DNA of 63,146 nt, filler included, from Chiloscyllium plagiosum (Eukaryota), in the NCBI RefSeq assembly GCF_004010195.1. It is 4 parts of one record of this genome, joined end to end, with 100 filler letters (N's around TTAATTAATTAA, not from the genome) between each part and the next. Parts side by side here need not be neighbours in the genome. Positions count along the whole stretch, not along the records: positions 1 to 30,707 come from NC_057713.1; positions 30,808 to 51,160 come from NC_057713.1; 2 more parts are not named here. The stretch is one strand, 5' to 3'. The translations under genes were made by a program, and so were the position numbers. This document shows positions 26,142 to 39,379 of the stretch, piece after piece. Within the stretch, counting starts at the first letter, position 1. Each line of letters opens with the position of its first letter. The notes beneath the pieces were generated by a model that made no database searches, was not told the origin of the DNA, and saw only the letters and a list, made by a program, of their open reading frames with translations.

Positions 26142-28243
26142 TGAAGGGAAAGCAGGAAAACGGGAAGCCTTCATAAATGAGAAAACAAGAGTTCAGAGAC
26201 ACTATATTCCTGTTAGGGCGAAGAAAAGGCTGGTAGGTATAGGGAATGCTGAATGACTAGAGAAGTGCAGGGTTTGGTTAAGAAAAAGAAGGAAGCATAT
26301 GTCAGGTATAGACAGGATAGATCGAGTGAATCCAAAGAAGAGTATAAAGGCAGTAGGAGTATACTTAAGAGGGAAATCAGGAGGGCAAAAAGGGGACATG
26401 AGATAGCTTTGGCAAATAGGGTTAAGGAGAATCCAAATGGTTTTTACAAACACATTAACGACAAAAGGATAACTAGGGAGAGAATAGGGCCCCTCAAAGA
26501 TCAGTAAGGTGGCCTTTGTGTGGAACCGCAGGAGATGGGGGAGATACTAAACGAATATTTTCCATCATATTTATTGTGGAAAAGGGCATGGAAGATATAG
26601 AATGTTGGGAAATAGATGGCAACATCTTGAAATATGTCCATATTACAAAGGAAGAAGTGCTGGATATCATGAAACGCATTAAGGTGGATAAATCCCCAGG
26701 ACTTAAGCAGGTGGAGCCTAGAACTCTGTGGGAGCTAGGGAAGTGATTGCTGGGCCCTTTGCAGAGGTATTTGTATCACTGATAGTCACAGGTGAGGTGC
26801 CAGAAGACTAACATGGTACCATTATTTAATAAAGGTGGTATGAGCAATCCAGAAAACTATAGACTGGTGAGCCTGATGTCGGTAGTGGTAAAGTTGTTGG
26901 AGGGAATCCTCAGGGACAGGAGTTACATATATTTGGAAAGACAAGGACTGATTAGGGATAGTCAATATGGCTTTGTGTGGGGGAAAAAATGTCAAATAAA
27001 CTTGATTAAGTTTTTTGAAAAAGTAACAAAGAGGATTGATGACAGCAGAGCAGTAGATGTGATCTATATGGACTTCAGTAGGGCGTTCGACAAGGTTCCC
27101 CATGGGAAACTGGTTAGCAAGGTTAGATCTCATGGAATACAGGGAGAACTCGCCATATGGATACAGAACTGGCTGAAAGATAGAAGACAGAAGGTGGTGG
27201 TGGAGGGTTGTTTTTCAGACTGGAGGCTTGTGACCAGTGGAGTACCGCAAGGATCGGTGCTGGGTCCTCTACTTTTTGTCATTTACATAAATGATTAGGA
27301 TATGAGCATAAGAGGTACAGTTAATAAGTTTGCAAATGACATCAAAATTGGAGGTGTTATGGACAGTGAAGGAGGTTTTCTCATATTCCATAAGGATCTT
27401 GATCAGATGTGCCAATGGGCTGAGAAGTGTCAGATGAGGTTTAATTCAGATAAATGTGAGGTGCTGCATTTTGGGAAAGCAAATCTTAGCATGACTTATA
27501 CACTTAATGGTAAGGTCCTAGGGAATGTTGCTGATAAGCAGACCTTGGAGTGCAGAATCATAGCCCCTTGAAAGTAGAGTCACAGGTGGATAAGATAGTG
27601 AAGGCGGCGCCTGGTATGCTTGCCTTTATTGGTCAGAGTATTGAGTACAGGAGTTGGGAGGTCATGTTGCAGCTGTACAGGACATTGGTTAGGCCACTGT
27701 TGGAATATTGTGTGCAGTTCTGGTCTCCTTCCTATCGGAAGGATGTTGTGAAACTTGAAAGAGTTCAGAAAAGATTTACAAGGATGTTGCCAGGGTTGCA
27801 GGATTTGAACTATAGGGAGAGGAATAGGCTGGGGCTGTTTTCCCTGGAGCATCAGAAGCTGAGGGGTGACCTATTAGAGTTTTATAAAATTATGAAGGAC
27901 ATGGATAGGATAAATATACAAAGTCCTTTTCCAGGGGTCAGGGAGTCCAGAACTATAGGGTATAGATTTAGGGAAGAAAGGTGAAAGACACAAAAGAGAT
28001 CTAATGGGCAACTTTTTCGTGCAGAGGATGGTACGTATATGGAAGGAGCTGCCGGAGGAAGTGGTGGAGGCTAGTAAAATTGCAACATTTAAAAAGCATC
28101 TGGATGAGTATATGAATAGGAAGGATGTGGAGGGATATGGGCCGGATGCAGGCAAGTGGGACTAGATTAGGTTGGGATATCTGGTCGACATGGACAAGTT
28201 AGACCGAAGGGTCTGTTTCCATGCTGTACATCTCTATGACTCT
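26142..28243 (+). mobile_element. CR1 LINE ORF2 (tether, RT) and 3' end
   Basis: [32 protein letters not shown]. Confidence 0.93.
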
Positions 28244-29870
28244 GACAGCATTATGGTAGCACAAAGGATGTTTGAGGACTTGTCTACTTAGGTAGTATGG
28301 GCTGAGGTTAGAAACAGAAAAGGAAAGGTCACCCTGTTGGGAGTTTTCTATAGGCCTCCAAATAGTTTCACAGATGTAGAGGAAAGGATAGCAAAGATGA
28401 TTTTGGATACGAGCGAGAGTAACAGGGTAGTTTTTAGGGTGACTTTAACTTTGCAAATATTGACTGGGAATACGGTACTTTGAGTACTTTAGATCAGTCA
28501 GTTTTTGTCCAATGTGTGCAGGATGGTTACCTGACACAGTACGTCAACAAGCCAACAAGAGATGAGGCCACATTGGATTTGGTACTAGGTAATGAGGTAA
28601 AAACAATGACTGCAGATGCTGGAAACCAGATTCTGGATCAGTGGTGCTGGAAGAGCACAGCAATTCAGGCAGCATCCGAGGACAGGCAGGCCTGTCCTTG
28701 GATGCTGCCTGAATTGCTGTGCTCTTCCAGCACCACTGATCCAGAATACTAGGTAATGAACCTGGCCAGGGGTGTTGGATATGGAGGTAGGTGAGCACTT
28801 TGGTGATAGTGACCATAATTCCATTATGCTTACTTTAGCAATGGAAAGGACAGGTATATACCACAGGGCAAGAGTTATTGCTGGGGGAAAGGTTATTATG
28901 ATGCAATTAGGCAAGCTTTAAGATGCATAGGATGGAGAAGGAAACTGCAAGGGTTGGGCACAATTGAAATGTGGAGCTTATTCAAAGAACACCTACTGCA
29001 TGTCCTTAATAAGTGTGTACCTGTCAGGCAGGGAGGAAGTGGTTGAATGAGGGAGCCATGATTTACTAAAGACGGTTAATCTCTTGTCAACAGGAAGGAG
29101 CAGGCTTATGTTAGGATGAGACATGAAGGCTCAGTTAGGGCTCAGTTACAAGTTAGCCAGGAAAGACCTAAAGAGAGAGCTAAAAAGATCCAGGAGGGGA
29201 CATGAGAAGTCTTTGGCAGGTAGGATATAGGGTAAAGGAAAACCATAAAGCTTTTTCTATGTAAAACAGGAATAAAAGAATGACCAGAGCAAGATGAGGA
29301 CCAATCAAGGGTATTAGTGAGAAGTTGTGCGTGGAGTCAGAGGAGATAGAGGAAGCACGAAATGATTTTTTTTTTGTCAGTATTCACAATGGAAAAACAC
29401 AATGTTGTCAAGGAGAACACTGAGATATTAGCCACTAGAATAGATGGGATTGAGGTTCACAAAGAGGTATTAGCAATTCTGGAAAGTGGGAAAATAAATG
29501 TCTCCTGGGCTGGATGTGATTTATCCTAGGACTCTCTGGGAAGTCCGGGAGGAGATTGCTGAGCCTTTGGCTTTGATCTTTATGTCGTAGTTGTCTGCAG
29601 GAATAGTGCCACAATACCGAAGGATAGCCAATGTTGTCCTCGTGGTCAAGAAGGGGAGTAGAGCCAACCCCAGTAATTATAGACCAGTGACCCTTACTTC
29701 GGTTATGGGTAGGGTTGGAAAAGGTTATAAGAGATAGGATATATAATCATCCAAAGGGGAATAAGTTGATTAGGGATAGTCAACATGGTTTTGTGAAGGG
29801 TAGGTCGTACCTCACAAACCTTATTGAGTTCTTTGAGATGGTGACCAAGTAGATGAGCGTAAAGCAGTCA
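28244..29870 (+). mobile_element. CR1 LINE ORF2 (APE to RT start)
   Basis: YRPPN, GDFNF, ATLDLVLGNE, SDHN. Confidence 0.88.
28596..28746. mobile_element. Young fold-back PLE-terminus mini-element
   Basis: ~58-bp arms with one mismatch plus a 34-nt tail; perfect TSD tactaggtaatga. Confidence 0.9.
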
Positions 29871-29896
29871 TCTGTCTTAAATCTATCACCCCTCTT

Positions 29897-29969
29897 AGGG
29901 CGTCACGGTGGCACAGTGGTTAGCACTGCTGCCTCACAGCACCAGAAACCTGGGTTCAATTCCCGACTC
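29897..29969 (+). mobile_element. HE1 SINE tRNA-derived head only
   Basis: tggcacagtgg A box and ggttcaattcc B box, then an abrupt switch to CR1 ORF1. Confidence 0.85.
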
Positions 29970-29970
29970 G

Positions 29971-30707
29971 ATTATTCGAGAGGCTGAGAGGGTGATTGAT
30001 AGAAGCTACAGGGACATAGTTACGCCAGAGAACAGAGGTAGCTGGGTAACAGTTAGAGGTGGGAAGGGGAAGAAGCAGGCAGTGCAGGGTTCCCCTGTGG
30101 TCGTTCCCCTAAAAAATAAATATACAGCTTTGGAAACTGTTGCAGGGGTAAGCTGCAGTGAAGGGGTCTGTGGCCCTGAGACTCAGAAGGGAAAGGGGGA
30201 GAGGAGGAGAGCGCTAGTTATAGGGGACTCTCTAGTTAGAGGGACGGACAGGCGGCTCTGTGGACATGGGCGAGACTCACGGATGGTTTCTTGCCTCCTG
30301 GGTGCTAGGATCCGAGACGTCTCAGACCGTGTCTTCAGAATCCTTAAGGAGGAGGGTGTGCAGCCAGAAGTCGTGGTACACATTGGCACCAACGACATAG
30401 GTAGGAAGAGGGGTGGGGAGGTCATTCAAGAGCTCAAGGAGTTAGGCTGGAAGCTAAAAGCTAGGACAAACAGAGTCGTCATCTCTGGGTTGTTGCCGGT
30501 GCCACGTGACAGAGAGGCAAAGAACAGGGAGCGAGTGCAGTTGAACACGTGGCTGCAAGGATGGTGTAGGAGGGAGGGCTTCAGGTATTTGGACAATTGG
30601 ACTGCATTCTGGGGAAGGTGGGACCTGTACAAACAGGACGGGGTGCACCTGAACCAGAAGGGCACCAATATCCTGGAGGGTAGGTTTGCTAGCACTCTTC
30701 GGGGAGG
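29971..30707 (+). mobile_element. Young CR1 ORF1 (SGNH/GDSL esterase), uninterrupted frame to the contig end
   Basis: ALVIGDSLVRG, VHIGTNDIG, DGVHLN. Confidence 0.92.
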
Positions 30708-30807
30708 NNNNNNNNNNNNNNNNNNNNNNNNNNNNNNNNNNNNNNNNNNNNTTAATTAATTAANNNNNNNNNNNNNNNNNNNNNNNNNNNNNNNNNNNNN
30801 NNNNNNN
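30708..30807. other. Artificial contig-joining spacer (44N-TTAATTAATTAA-44N)
   Basis: Identical 100-nt structure occurs three times; the 12-mer has stops in all six frames. Confidence 0.95.
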
Positions 30808-31012
30808 GTCTGCGTGGGTTTCCTCCGGGTGCTCCGGTTTCCTCCCACAGTCCAAAGATGTGCAGGTCAGGTGAATTGGCCATGCTAAATTGCCTGTAGT
30901 GTTAGGTAAAGGGGTAAATGTAGGGGAATGGGTGGGTTACGCTTCGGCGGGTCGGTGTGGACTTGTTGGGCCGAAGGGCCTGTTTCCACACTGTAAGTAA
31001 TCTAATCTAATC
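30808..31012 (+). mobile_element. HE1-like V-SINE 3' part, young
   Basis: gggtttcctccgggtgctccggtttcc, (ctaat)n tail. Confidence 0.9.
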
Positions 31013-32890
31013 AATTCGTAGTTATGCCCTCTCGTACAAGCTGATGTCTTCATCCTAGGAAAAAGTCTTTCTCTGTCTACCCTATTGATGGAGGGATTGA
31101 GTTTTGGAGCCACAAGGTCATGCTGCAGCTGTACAAACCTCTGGTGTTTTCGCACTTGGAGTATTGCTTACAGTTCTGGTCACCACATTATAGGAAGGAT
31201 GTGGAAGCTTTGGTAAGGGTTCAGAAGAGATTTACTAGGAGGTCTGGTATGGTGGAAAGGCTGCGGGACATGAGGCTGTTCTCATGAGAGAGAAGGTTGA
31301 GTGGTGACTTAATGAGATATATAAGATAATCAGAAGATTAGATAGGGTGGACAGTGACAGCCTTTTTCCTTGGATGTTGATGGCTAGCATGAGGGGACAT
31401 AGCTTTAAATTGAGGGGTGATAGATATCGGACAGATGTCAGAGGTAGTTTCTTTACTCAGAGAGTAACAGGGGCATGGAATTCACTGCCTGCAACAGTAA
31501 TAGACATGCCAACTTTAAGGGCATTTAAATGGTCATTGGATAAACATTTGGATGAAAATGGATTAGTTTATGATAGATGGGCTTCAGATTAGTTCCATAG
31601 GTTGGTGCAACATCGAGAGTCTGTACTGCACTGTAATGTTCTACTTTAATATTTTCCCAGTTACAAACATTGGTGTCAGTTCCTGCTTGTTTAAGTAATC
31701 ACACACTTTGAAACTGGCCACGTTTGGAATATTGTGTACATTCGTGGTTGTTACGCGACCAGAGGATGAGGTGGCCTTGGAGAGGGCACAGAACAGATTT
31801 ACCAGGGTGTTGTCTGGTTTGGAGGGTGTTAGATATGAGGAGAGATTGGACAAACTTGGTTTATTTTCACTTGAATATCAAAGGTGGGGAGAAACAGACA
31901 TTTACAAAATTATGAGAGGCATGAATAGAATGGATAGTCCCAGGGTAGAAATGACAATTACTAGGTTTAAGGCAAAAGGGAGGAGGTTTCAAGAAGAGGG
32001 TGGTTTGTATGGAATGAGCTGCCAGAGAATGTGGTGGAGGATGGGACAACTACAACATGTAAAAGGCACCTGGATAGGCATACGAATAGAAATGTTTTAG
32101 ACAGTTATGGGCCAAGTGCTGACAAATGGGACTAAATTAATTTAGGATATCTGGTCGGCATGGATGGGTTGGACCGAAGGGTCTGTTTCCGTACATCACT
32201 GTGATTCTAAGAGGCACTGACAGGAGATGATAGAGGCCAATACAATAGCAATATTTATGAGGCATCTTGACAGATACATGAATAGCGACTTTGGAGAAGA
32301 TTTGTAGCTCAGGCTGAGGTTCTGGAGGGATGTTTGCTCACTCAGCTGGAAGACTTGTTTTCAGACATTCATCACCATACTAGGTAACATCATCAGAGAG
32401 CCTCTGGTGAAGCACTGGTGTTCTGACTTATTTTCCATTTGTGTGTTTCGGTTTCCTTGGGTTGGTGATGTCATTTCCTGTGATGATGTTCTTTCCTGTT
32501 CTTTTTCTCAGAAGGTAGTAAATGGCTTCCTGGAAGCATGGGATTCCAACCGGAACTCTATCAACAAACACATCAACTTGGACCCCATTTACCACCCTCT
32601 GAAGGAAGAACAGCATCATCAACCCAAGGAAACTTTAACATATAAATAAAAAACTAGTCATAACACCAGTGCTTCACTGGAGGCTCACTGATGATATTAC
32701 CTAGTATGGTGACAAAACGCCTGAAAACAAACCTTCCAGCTCAGTGAGCAAACTTACCTCCAGATACATGAAAAGACAGGGAATAAAGGGGTACGGACTG
32801 CCTAAATGCAAAAGTTTTTTGTTTAGAAAGACATCATATTTTGATGCAGTCTCAGTTGTTGAAAGGACTTGTTCCTGTGTTGTACTGTTC
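31013..32890 (+). mobile_element. Cluster of CR1 3' fragments (31013-31085 inverted)
   Basis: FFTQRV and ERLDKLGLFSLE motifs, several 3' UTRs. Confidence 0.8.
32286..32760. mobile_element. Poseidon-type PLE termini in inverted arrangement
   Basis: TSD cagatacatgaatag/cagatacatgaaaag; both arms carry ctgatga..gttacctagtatggtga cores. Confidence 0.85.
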
Positions 32891-33479
32891 TTTGTTACAC
32901 GAAGATTCAGTTTAAATCTGCAGGACTATCAGTTTTCGAAGGCAACAGATTAGTTTTGGCTGGTTCTCTATTACAGTACATGCTGCTCCGGTGCAACTGT
33001 GATGTTCACTATTGAAATGTTAATCCATAACTTGAATTCCTGGAGTCTAAATATAAACATTTATTAGAACAAAAGGTACATAAGAAATACACACAAAGAT
33101 ATCTATTAATATAAATCCTAGATCATGGCAGAACTTTTTTTGTTCATTTGTTAAGGTGGTATTGTTGAACTAGTATAAGAGGTTTGTTGGACCTATTATG
33201 TACAGTTGTGGGTTCCACATTCCAGGAAGGATATCAATGAGGTTTTCAAGAGGGCATTAGATGATTACTTGAATAAAAGTACTATGCGAGATATGAGGGA
33301 AAGGCTGAGGATTGGCCCCAGATAATAGTGTTCATTTAAGAGCCAGTACAGGCTGAATGGCCTCCTTCTACACTAACATTTCAAGACATTTTGATTGGCT
33401 TGCAGAGGAACTTGCAGGTGGTGGTGTTCCCATGTTTCTGCTGCTTTTGTCCTTCTAGCTAGAAGTGGTCCAAGATTTG

Positions 33480-34850
33480 AAAGTTGCTGGAGAAGGTATA
33501 AATTGCTCAAAGCTGCATAACAGGTCAAAGATTGGTCAGAATCATTAAAACAAAAACAAATAACTACTAAAATATATTTCGGAGGGAAAAATTAAGAATA
33601 TGAGAGAAAGCTGGCTAGAAATATAAAATCTGATGGTAGAGTTTCTGTTGATAATTTATAAACAGTGCTGGTTCCATAAAAACAGAGTCTGAGGAATTAA
33701 TAATGGAAAAATAAGGAAACAGCTAATTAATTGTAAAGTTGTTTTGTTTTGTTTCACTAGAGGATACAGTAATATCCCAGAAATAACCGTAAATCAGGGA
33801 ATGGAAGGAAAGGAGGAGCTCAAGAAAATTATAAACACTGGCGAAATAAACAGTTGCAAATTATTGAAGCCACAAGCTATCAAACTCCCCGGTCCCGATG
33901 TGCTGTGCATAAAGAGAAATATTCGGTGTACTGCACTTCAATTTCCAGAAGTTATTTGACAAAGTGCACATCCAATATTACTGAGGAAAACATAAGCTCA
34001 TGGTGTAGGAGATAAGGTATGAGAATGGATAGAAGATTAGCTAGCTAATAGGAAACAGAGAGTAGCATTAATGAATCATGTTCAGATTGGCAAGACATAT
34101 TGAGTGGTGTGCCACAGGGATCGGTGCTGAGGCCTCAACTGTTTACAATTTACATAAACGACTTGGATGAAGGAAATGAAGGTGTGATTGCTAAATTTCC
34201 GATGACACAACGACACACAAGAAAGTAAGTTGTAAAGAGCAAGTAAGGAGGTTAAAGAGTGATGTAGATGGGTTAAGTGACTAGGCAAAGATCTGGGAAA
34301 TGGAGTATATAATGTGGGAAATTGTGGAACTATTTTGACAGGATGAATGAAAAAAAGCATATTTTCTCAATGTTGAGAGATTGCAGAGCTGTGAGGGTTC
34401 TAGGTGTCCTGGTGCATGATTGCAAACATTTAACATATAGCTAAAACAAGCAATTAGGAAAATTAATAAATTCCATCAATTATTGCAAGGGGAACTAATG
34501 CAAGAGTAGGAACTTATGCTTCATTATATGGGACACTGGTAAGGTGTCTTCTGGAATTGTGTATACACTTTTGGCTTCGTTATTTCAGGAAGCATTTAAA
34601 CATTGGAAGCAGTAGAGAAGGTTAGGAGACTAATACCTGGAATGGGCAATTTGCCTTATAAGGATAGGTTGCACAGGCTAAGCTTGTATATGCTGGAGTT
34701 TAGAAAATCAAGAGGCAAGTTGCCAGGAACATTTGGAATATTCAGGGGTCTTGACAAGGTGAATACAGAAAGGATGGCTCCTCTTCTGGAACTAAAACTA
34801 AAGATAACTATTTAAAAATAAGGGGTCTCACATTTAAAATAGAAATGAGG
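33480..34850 (+). mobile_element. Old CR1 LINE
   Basis: SGVPQGSVL and other degenerate RT motifs. Confidence 0.75.
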
Positions 34851-35374
34851 CTATTGCTGTCTCCTAGCTGATTGCTGCAACAATATCAATTTGACACCCA
34901 AAATAACGCAAGATTTAATTCTCAGGTTGAAGTTAAGTTTATTCATGCACTGTAGACAGTGAAAACCACAGCTATTAAGAACTTCACTGGATTATCACGT
35001 AACTGCTGCAGACAAAAGACAAATATATTAGAAAGTAGCATCGGAAGTTCATTCAACTTCAGTTGCTAAAAAAATTTTGAAAAGATTTATCAGCCTATGA
35101 TGTGTAAGTTAATTTCGATAGAAAGAAGAGGCTGCATTTGATAGTTAAGTTAAAGCCTAATAAATGCACAATGCGGGAACTAATGGGATTTTTGCATACT
35201 CTTCTTAAAATTAAGAGGAAATGTTCCATCCTTTCTAATAGTAAAATTAAGCATAGGTAAGGGCTGCAAAAATAAGAGGTCTCACAACACCAGCAAACAA
35301 GATGGTACAAACAAAATGAATTTCAGTCATGTATGCATATCAGCCATCATTTCTCATTAATGGAGGGGTGTCTG

Positions 35375-35690
35375 CCGAGCGATACTATCGCTAGACTATT
35401 AATCCAGAGACCATGTAATGTTTTGGGGGCCTGAAGTGAATCTCATCATGGCAGATAGTGAAATATGAATTCAATAAGATTCTGGAATTAAGAGTCTAAT
35501 GATGACCATGAAATAATTTCACTGGGACAAAAACCCATCTGGTTCACTAATGTGACTGCCGATCTTACCTGGTCTGGCCTATAAGTAACTCTGGACCCAC
35601 AGCATTGTTGCTGACTCTCAACTGCCCGATGGATAATAAATTCTGGCTTTGCCAATGATGCCTAGCTCCTGTGAATGAATTTTAAATAAA
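35375..35690 (+). mobile_element. tRNA-headed 'SINE-B' ending in the LINE-B 3' tail
   Basis: Head, then core aaacccatctggttcactaatgt..cttacctggtctggcct, then tail aataaattctggctttgcca. Confidence 0.7.
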
Positions 35691-35714
35691 TAATGGAATA
35701 TTCATCAGATCTGA

Positions 35715-36335
35715 TAGAGTTCCCCTTGTCCTCACCTTCCATCAGTTTCTGCATTCAAAGAACTATCCTCTCGCATTTTCACAACTACCAGATGATGCTC
35801 ACAACAAATGCACCTTTCTCTCATTTCCACTCCACTGTCAACATTCCACAGGGATTGTTCCTTTCATGAAGCCGTGTTTCACTCTCCCATCTCTCATAAC
35901 CCTTTCTCACTCCCACATGGCATCTTCCTATGCAACTGCATTTGTCCATTCACCTCCTCCCTCTGCACTGGCTAAGGCCTAAACACAATGCAAGATGGAG
36001 GAGTGACACCCAATTTTATCTTTGGGCATTTTACAGTCTTCAGGACTCAACACTGAGTTCAATAATTTCAGAGCAATGCAACTTTGCTTATCACCACCTC
36101 TCTTCTCCCCCCCCCCCCTCCAGTTCGCATGCATTTGCTCTCTATAGAGCTGACCTATTTTCTATTATTTACACCCACCATTAGCAACAATGTTGCATCC
36201 CAATCTCTCCATTACCACTTCCTATATCTTTTGCCACCTACTCCAGTTCCAGCCCCATTCAACTCTGAAGACTCACTGGACTCAAAACATTAAGTGGGCA
36301 TCCGCAGATGCTGCCAGACCTGCTGAGTTTCTTCT
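35715..36335 (+). mobile_element. Old Neptune-type PLE fragment
   Basis: RVPLVLTFH motif; terminus cagatgctgccagacctgctgag. Confidence 0.6.
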
Positions 36336-36789
36336 ACACAAAATAAGTAACAATAAAAATCAACATTTGCGAGCAAAAATAGCAAATCTGTGATTTTAAC
36401 CTATTTTTAACCTACAGTTAAAAAACTCCACACTCCTGCATTTCATCATTCCCGGGGGTTCTCAGGAACAGAACCCTTACGGATACAGACGAATGACTCC
36501 AATACAAGAAACCAATTGCTGTTTCTTGGCAGTTTATTGCATTGAGAATTTTATCTTCCAAACTAATTAAAGTCAATCTCAATATCTACTCTTCCTGTCT
36601 AATCTAAAATCATATTGAAACAGAAAAAAAATGGATTTTGTCATGGCTGATTCCTGCCTCCATTCCATTGTGCCAATAAATTTGCACAATGTTGCCAAAC
36701 AATGTTGCGATCCATAATGTAGTACAGCTAAAAAAAGACAGTGCACTCCTCTGACCTTAGTCATAATGCCAATCATAGCCCCCACCCCT

Positions 36790-37525
36790 TCACCCCCACC
36801 ATCAACCCGCCCTCCCCTCCCGGCACCTTCCCCTGCCACCGCAAGAATTGCAAAACCTGCGCCCACACCTCCCCCCTCACCTCCATCCAAAGGAGCCTTC
36901 CACATCCATCAGACTTACACATACTCCACACACCATTTACTGTATCTGTTGCTCCCAATGTAGTCTCCTCTAATTTGGAGAGAAGGGATGCCTACTTGCA
37001 GAACACTTCCGAGAACATCTCTGGGACACACGTACGAAGCACCACCCCATGGCCAAACACTAATTCCCTCCTTCCACTCTGCCAAGGGCATGCAGATCCT
37101 GGGTCTCTTCCATCGTCAAACCCAAACCACCCATCACCTGGAGGAAGAGCGCCTCATCTTCCACTTTGGGACCCTCCATCCACACAGGATCACTGTGGAT
37201 TTCACCAATTTCCTCATTTTCCCTCCCCCCACCTTATCCCAAATCCAACTTTCCAAGTTGGCACTGCCCTCTTGACCTGTCAATCTTCCTTCCCATCTAT
37301 CTGCTCCACCCTGTCCAACCTATCACAATCACCCCAACCTTCATCTACCTATCGCACTCTCAGCTACCTTGCCCCTAGACGCACCCCACTCCCATTTATC
37401 TCTCTACCTCCTTGGCTAACAAGCCTCTTTCCTGAAAAAGGGCTCATGCTCGAAACGTCGATCCTCCTGCTCCTCAGATGCTGCCTGACATTTGATCTCC
37501 AGCATCTGAAGTCCTCCCTTTCTTC
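36790..37525 (+). mobile_element. Neptune-type PLE 3' part
   Basis: GTFPCHRKNCKTCAH, LEEERLIF; terminus with a degenerate hammerhead core at ~37432-37460. Confidence 0.85.
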
Positions 37526-39379
37526 TCAGTTGTAACAGCCAAGTCTTCAGCACTACTGCCAGAATGTTGTCAGGGTCCAGACCCCTAACAATATCCAGTG
37601 CCTCCAATCATTCCTTGATATCACATGTGGAGTGAATCAAATTCACAGAAAACAGGACATCTATGGTACTGGGAACCTTGGCTAAAGACCAAGATGTCAT
37701 TCATATGGTTTTTCTGGGCAAAGATAGTTGCATTTGCTTCAGCCTTAGCTGATGAGGAAAGATCAAGGCGATTCAGCTGTATTCTGCAGCATTTAGAAGA
37801 ATAAGAGTTTCTGTTTTTGAAACATACAAAATTCTTACAAAATTCAACAGGGTAGATAAGGGACGGATGTTATTTTTCCCAGATGGGAATCTAGAACCGG
37901 GGACAGAATAAGGAGAACTGAGATGAGAGATTTTGTTTTTAAAACATGGAGATGGATCTTTGGAATGTTCTGCCCCAAAACTGTGCAAGTTTAGTCACGG
38001 AGTACATTTAAGTTATAGATCAATAGCCATCTCAATATCAAAGGCATCACAACATACGAGGATAATGTAGGAAAATGACCGATATAGAAGGTCAGCCACG
38101 ATCTCACTGACTGATGTAACACGAGTGAATAGCCTAACATTTCTCAAATTTCCGTTGCTTCTATCTTTATATAGAAGGATCACTAAAAAAGGATCCTATA
38201 TATAGGAGTCATCCCCAGCCCCAATGATCTTTATAAACAGACAGGGGGATTTCTTACAGTCCTTTCTGCCTAAATTGGTCTAGGATTTTTCTTGTATTGT
38301 TCCCTCTCTCAGGAGATTGAGAAAAGTTGGTCAAGATGGGGTGGGAGCGATCACATTGGAATGGGATAAATTTAATAAGCCAACTATTTATTTTTACCTT
38401 TATCATATCCTCACAGGCAGAATATTCAATGGACCAAACTCTTCATTCTGTAGGATTCATTCCATTAAACTAGCAGAAACAATTTTGAACTTGAATTATT
38501 TCTCACCATATATGGGTGCAAAAGACTACACTTGCTGTTCATGCACTTTAGCAGAGCTCCCACCAGCTGCAAAATCTTGCCAAACACTCCCACACTGACA
38601 ACCATGAACATGAGCCTTGAACTAACCAATGAAACGCATCTGCAGTAACAGTGTTAAGCATAGGACATTCTCTTCTTTAAATTTCACTGAACTCTGCAGG
38701 AACTCACTCACACTAAGTACTGCCATACCAGTCACGATCGTCAGAAATTCCATTTTAACATCCATGTATGTAATATTCGTTCCTGTTTACTGAGACAAAT
38801 ACATTTCATTATCTATGACAATCCCAACAAGAGTCCTTGCAATCATCTTTTATTTGGATACTTATCTATTAATGGGCTTCATCCACTTTTCTCTTTGTCC
38901 CCCATTGAAGACAGTGACACAATGAACACATACGGTTCTTTGACTTGTCAGCAGTTCATCTGACAACAGTCTACCTTCGCAAAAGGGCATTTTTGACCTG
39001 ACAATCGAGTGATTTTTTTTTTAAATTTGCTTTTATGAGTTTACAGATACCACCCTCAATTACAGAGCTACTGTTGTGTATGGCGCAGTGTGACACTTAG
39101 CACCAGGCAGACTTTCAGCTTTAAACTGCAACAAATTTAGATGCCCACCAGAAACTGAGCTTGATTTTAATATACACTGTTCATCAGTTCTCACTGTCTC
39201 TTCTGGTTTTATTCAAATTTCCTTACATCACAAAGTATTTGCATTTTAGAGGACATCACAAGACACTACTTGCAATCATTAGTGCATCTTCCAGAAAAAT
39301 AATGCGATTATTCCCATGCCAAGCTGCATTAAACTATATAACAGTACATGTAGAATACTGAATTTAGAAATAGATTATA

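Noticed and set aside
25151..26174. Long ORFs of 238-287 aa
   Set aside because: Mostly X from the N gap
28596..28746. Hairpins as pre-miRNAs or DNA-transposon MITEs
   Set aside because: Arms are PLE terminal sequence with an asymmetric tail and long, variable TSDs
29908..30707. Host or bacterial GDSL lipase gene
   Set aside because: SGNH esterase is an established CR1 ORF1 domain, and decayed paralogs occur at 109-441 and 24010-24400
29897..31012. HE1 head and post-spacer HE1 body as one element
   Set aside because: Separated by an artificial spacer; HE1 is abundant and contigs often end in it
36741..37535. 264-aa ORF
   Set aside because: Mostly out-of-frame reading of a frameshifted PLE
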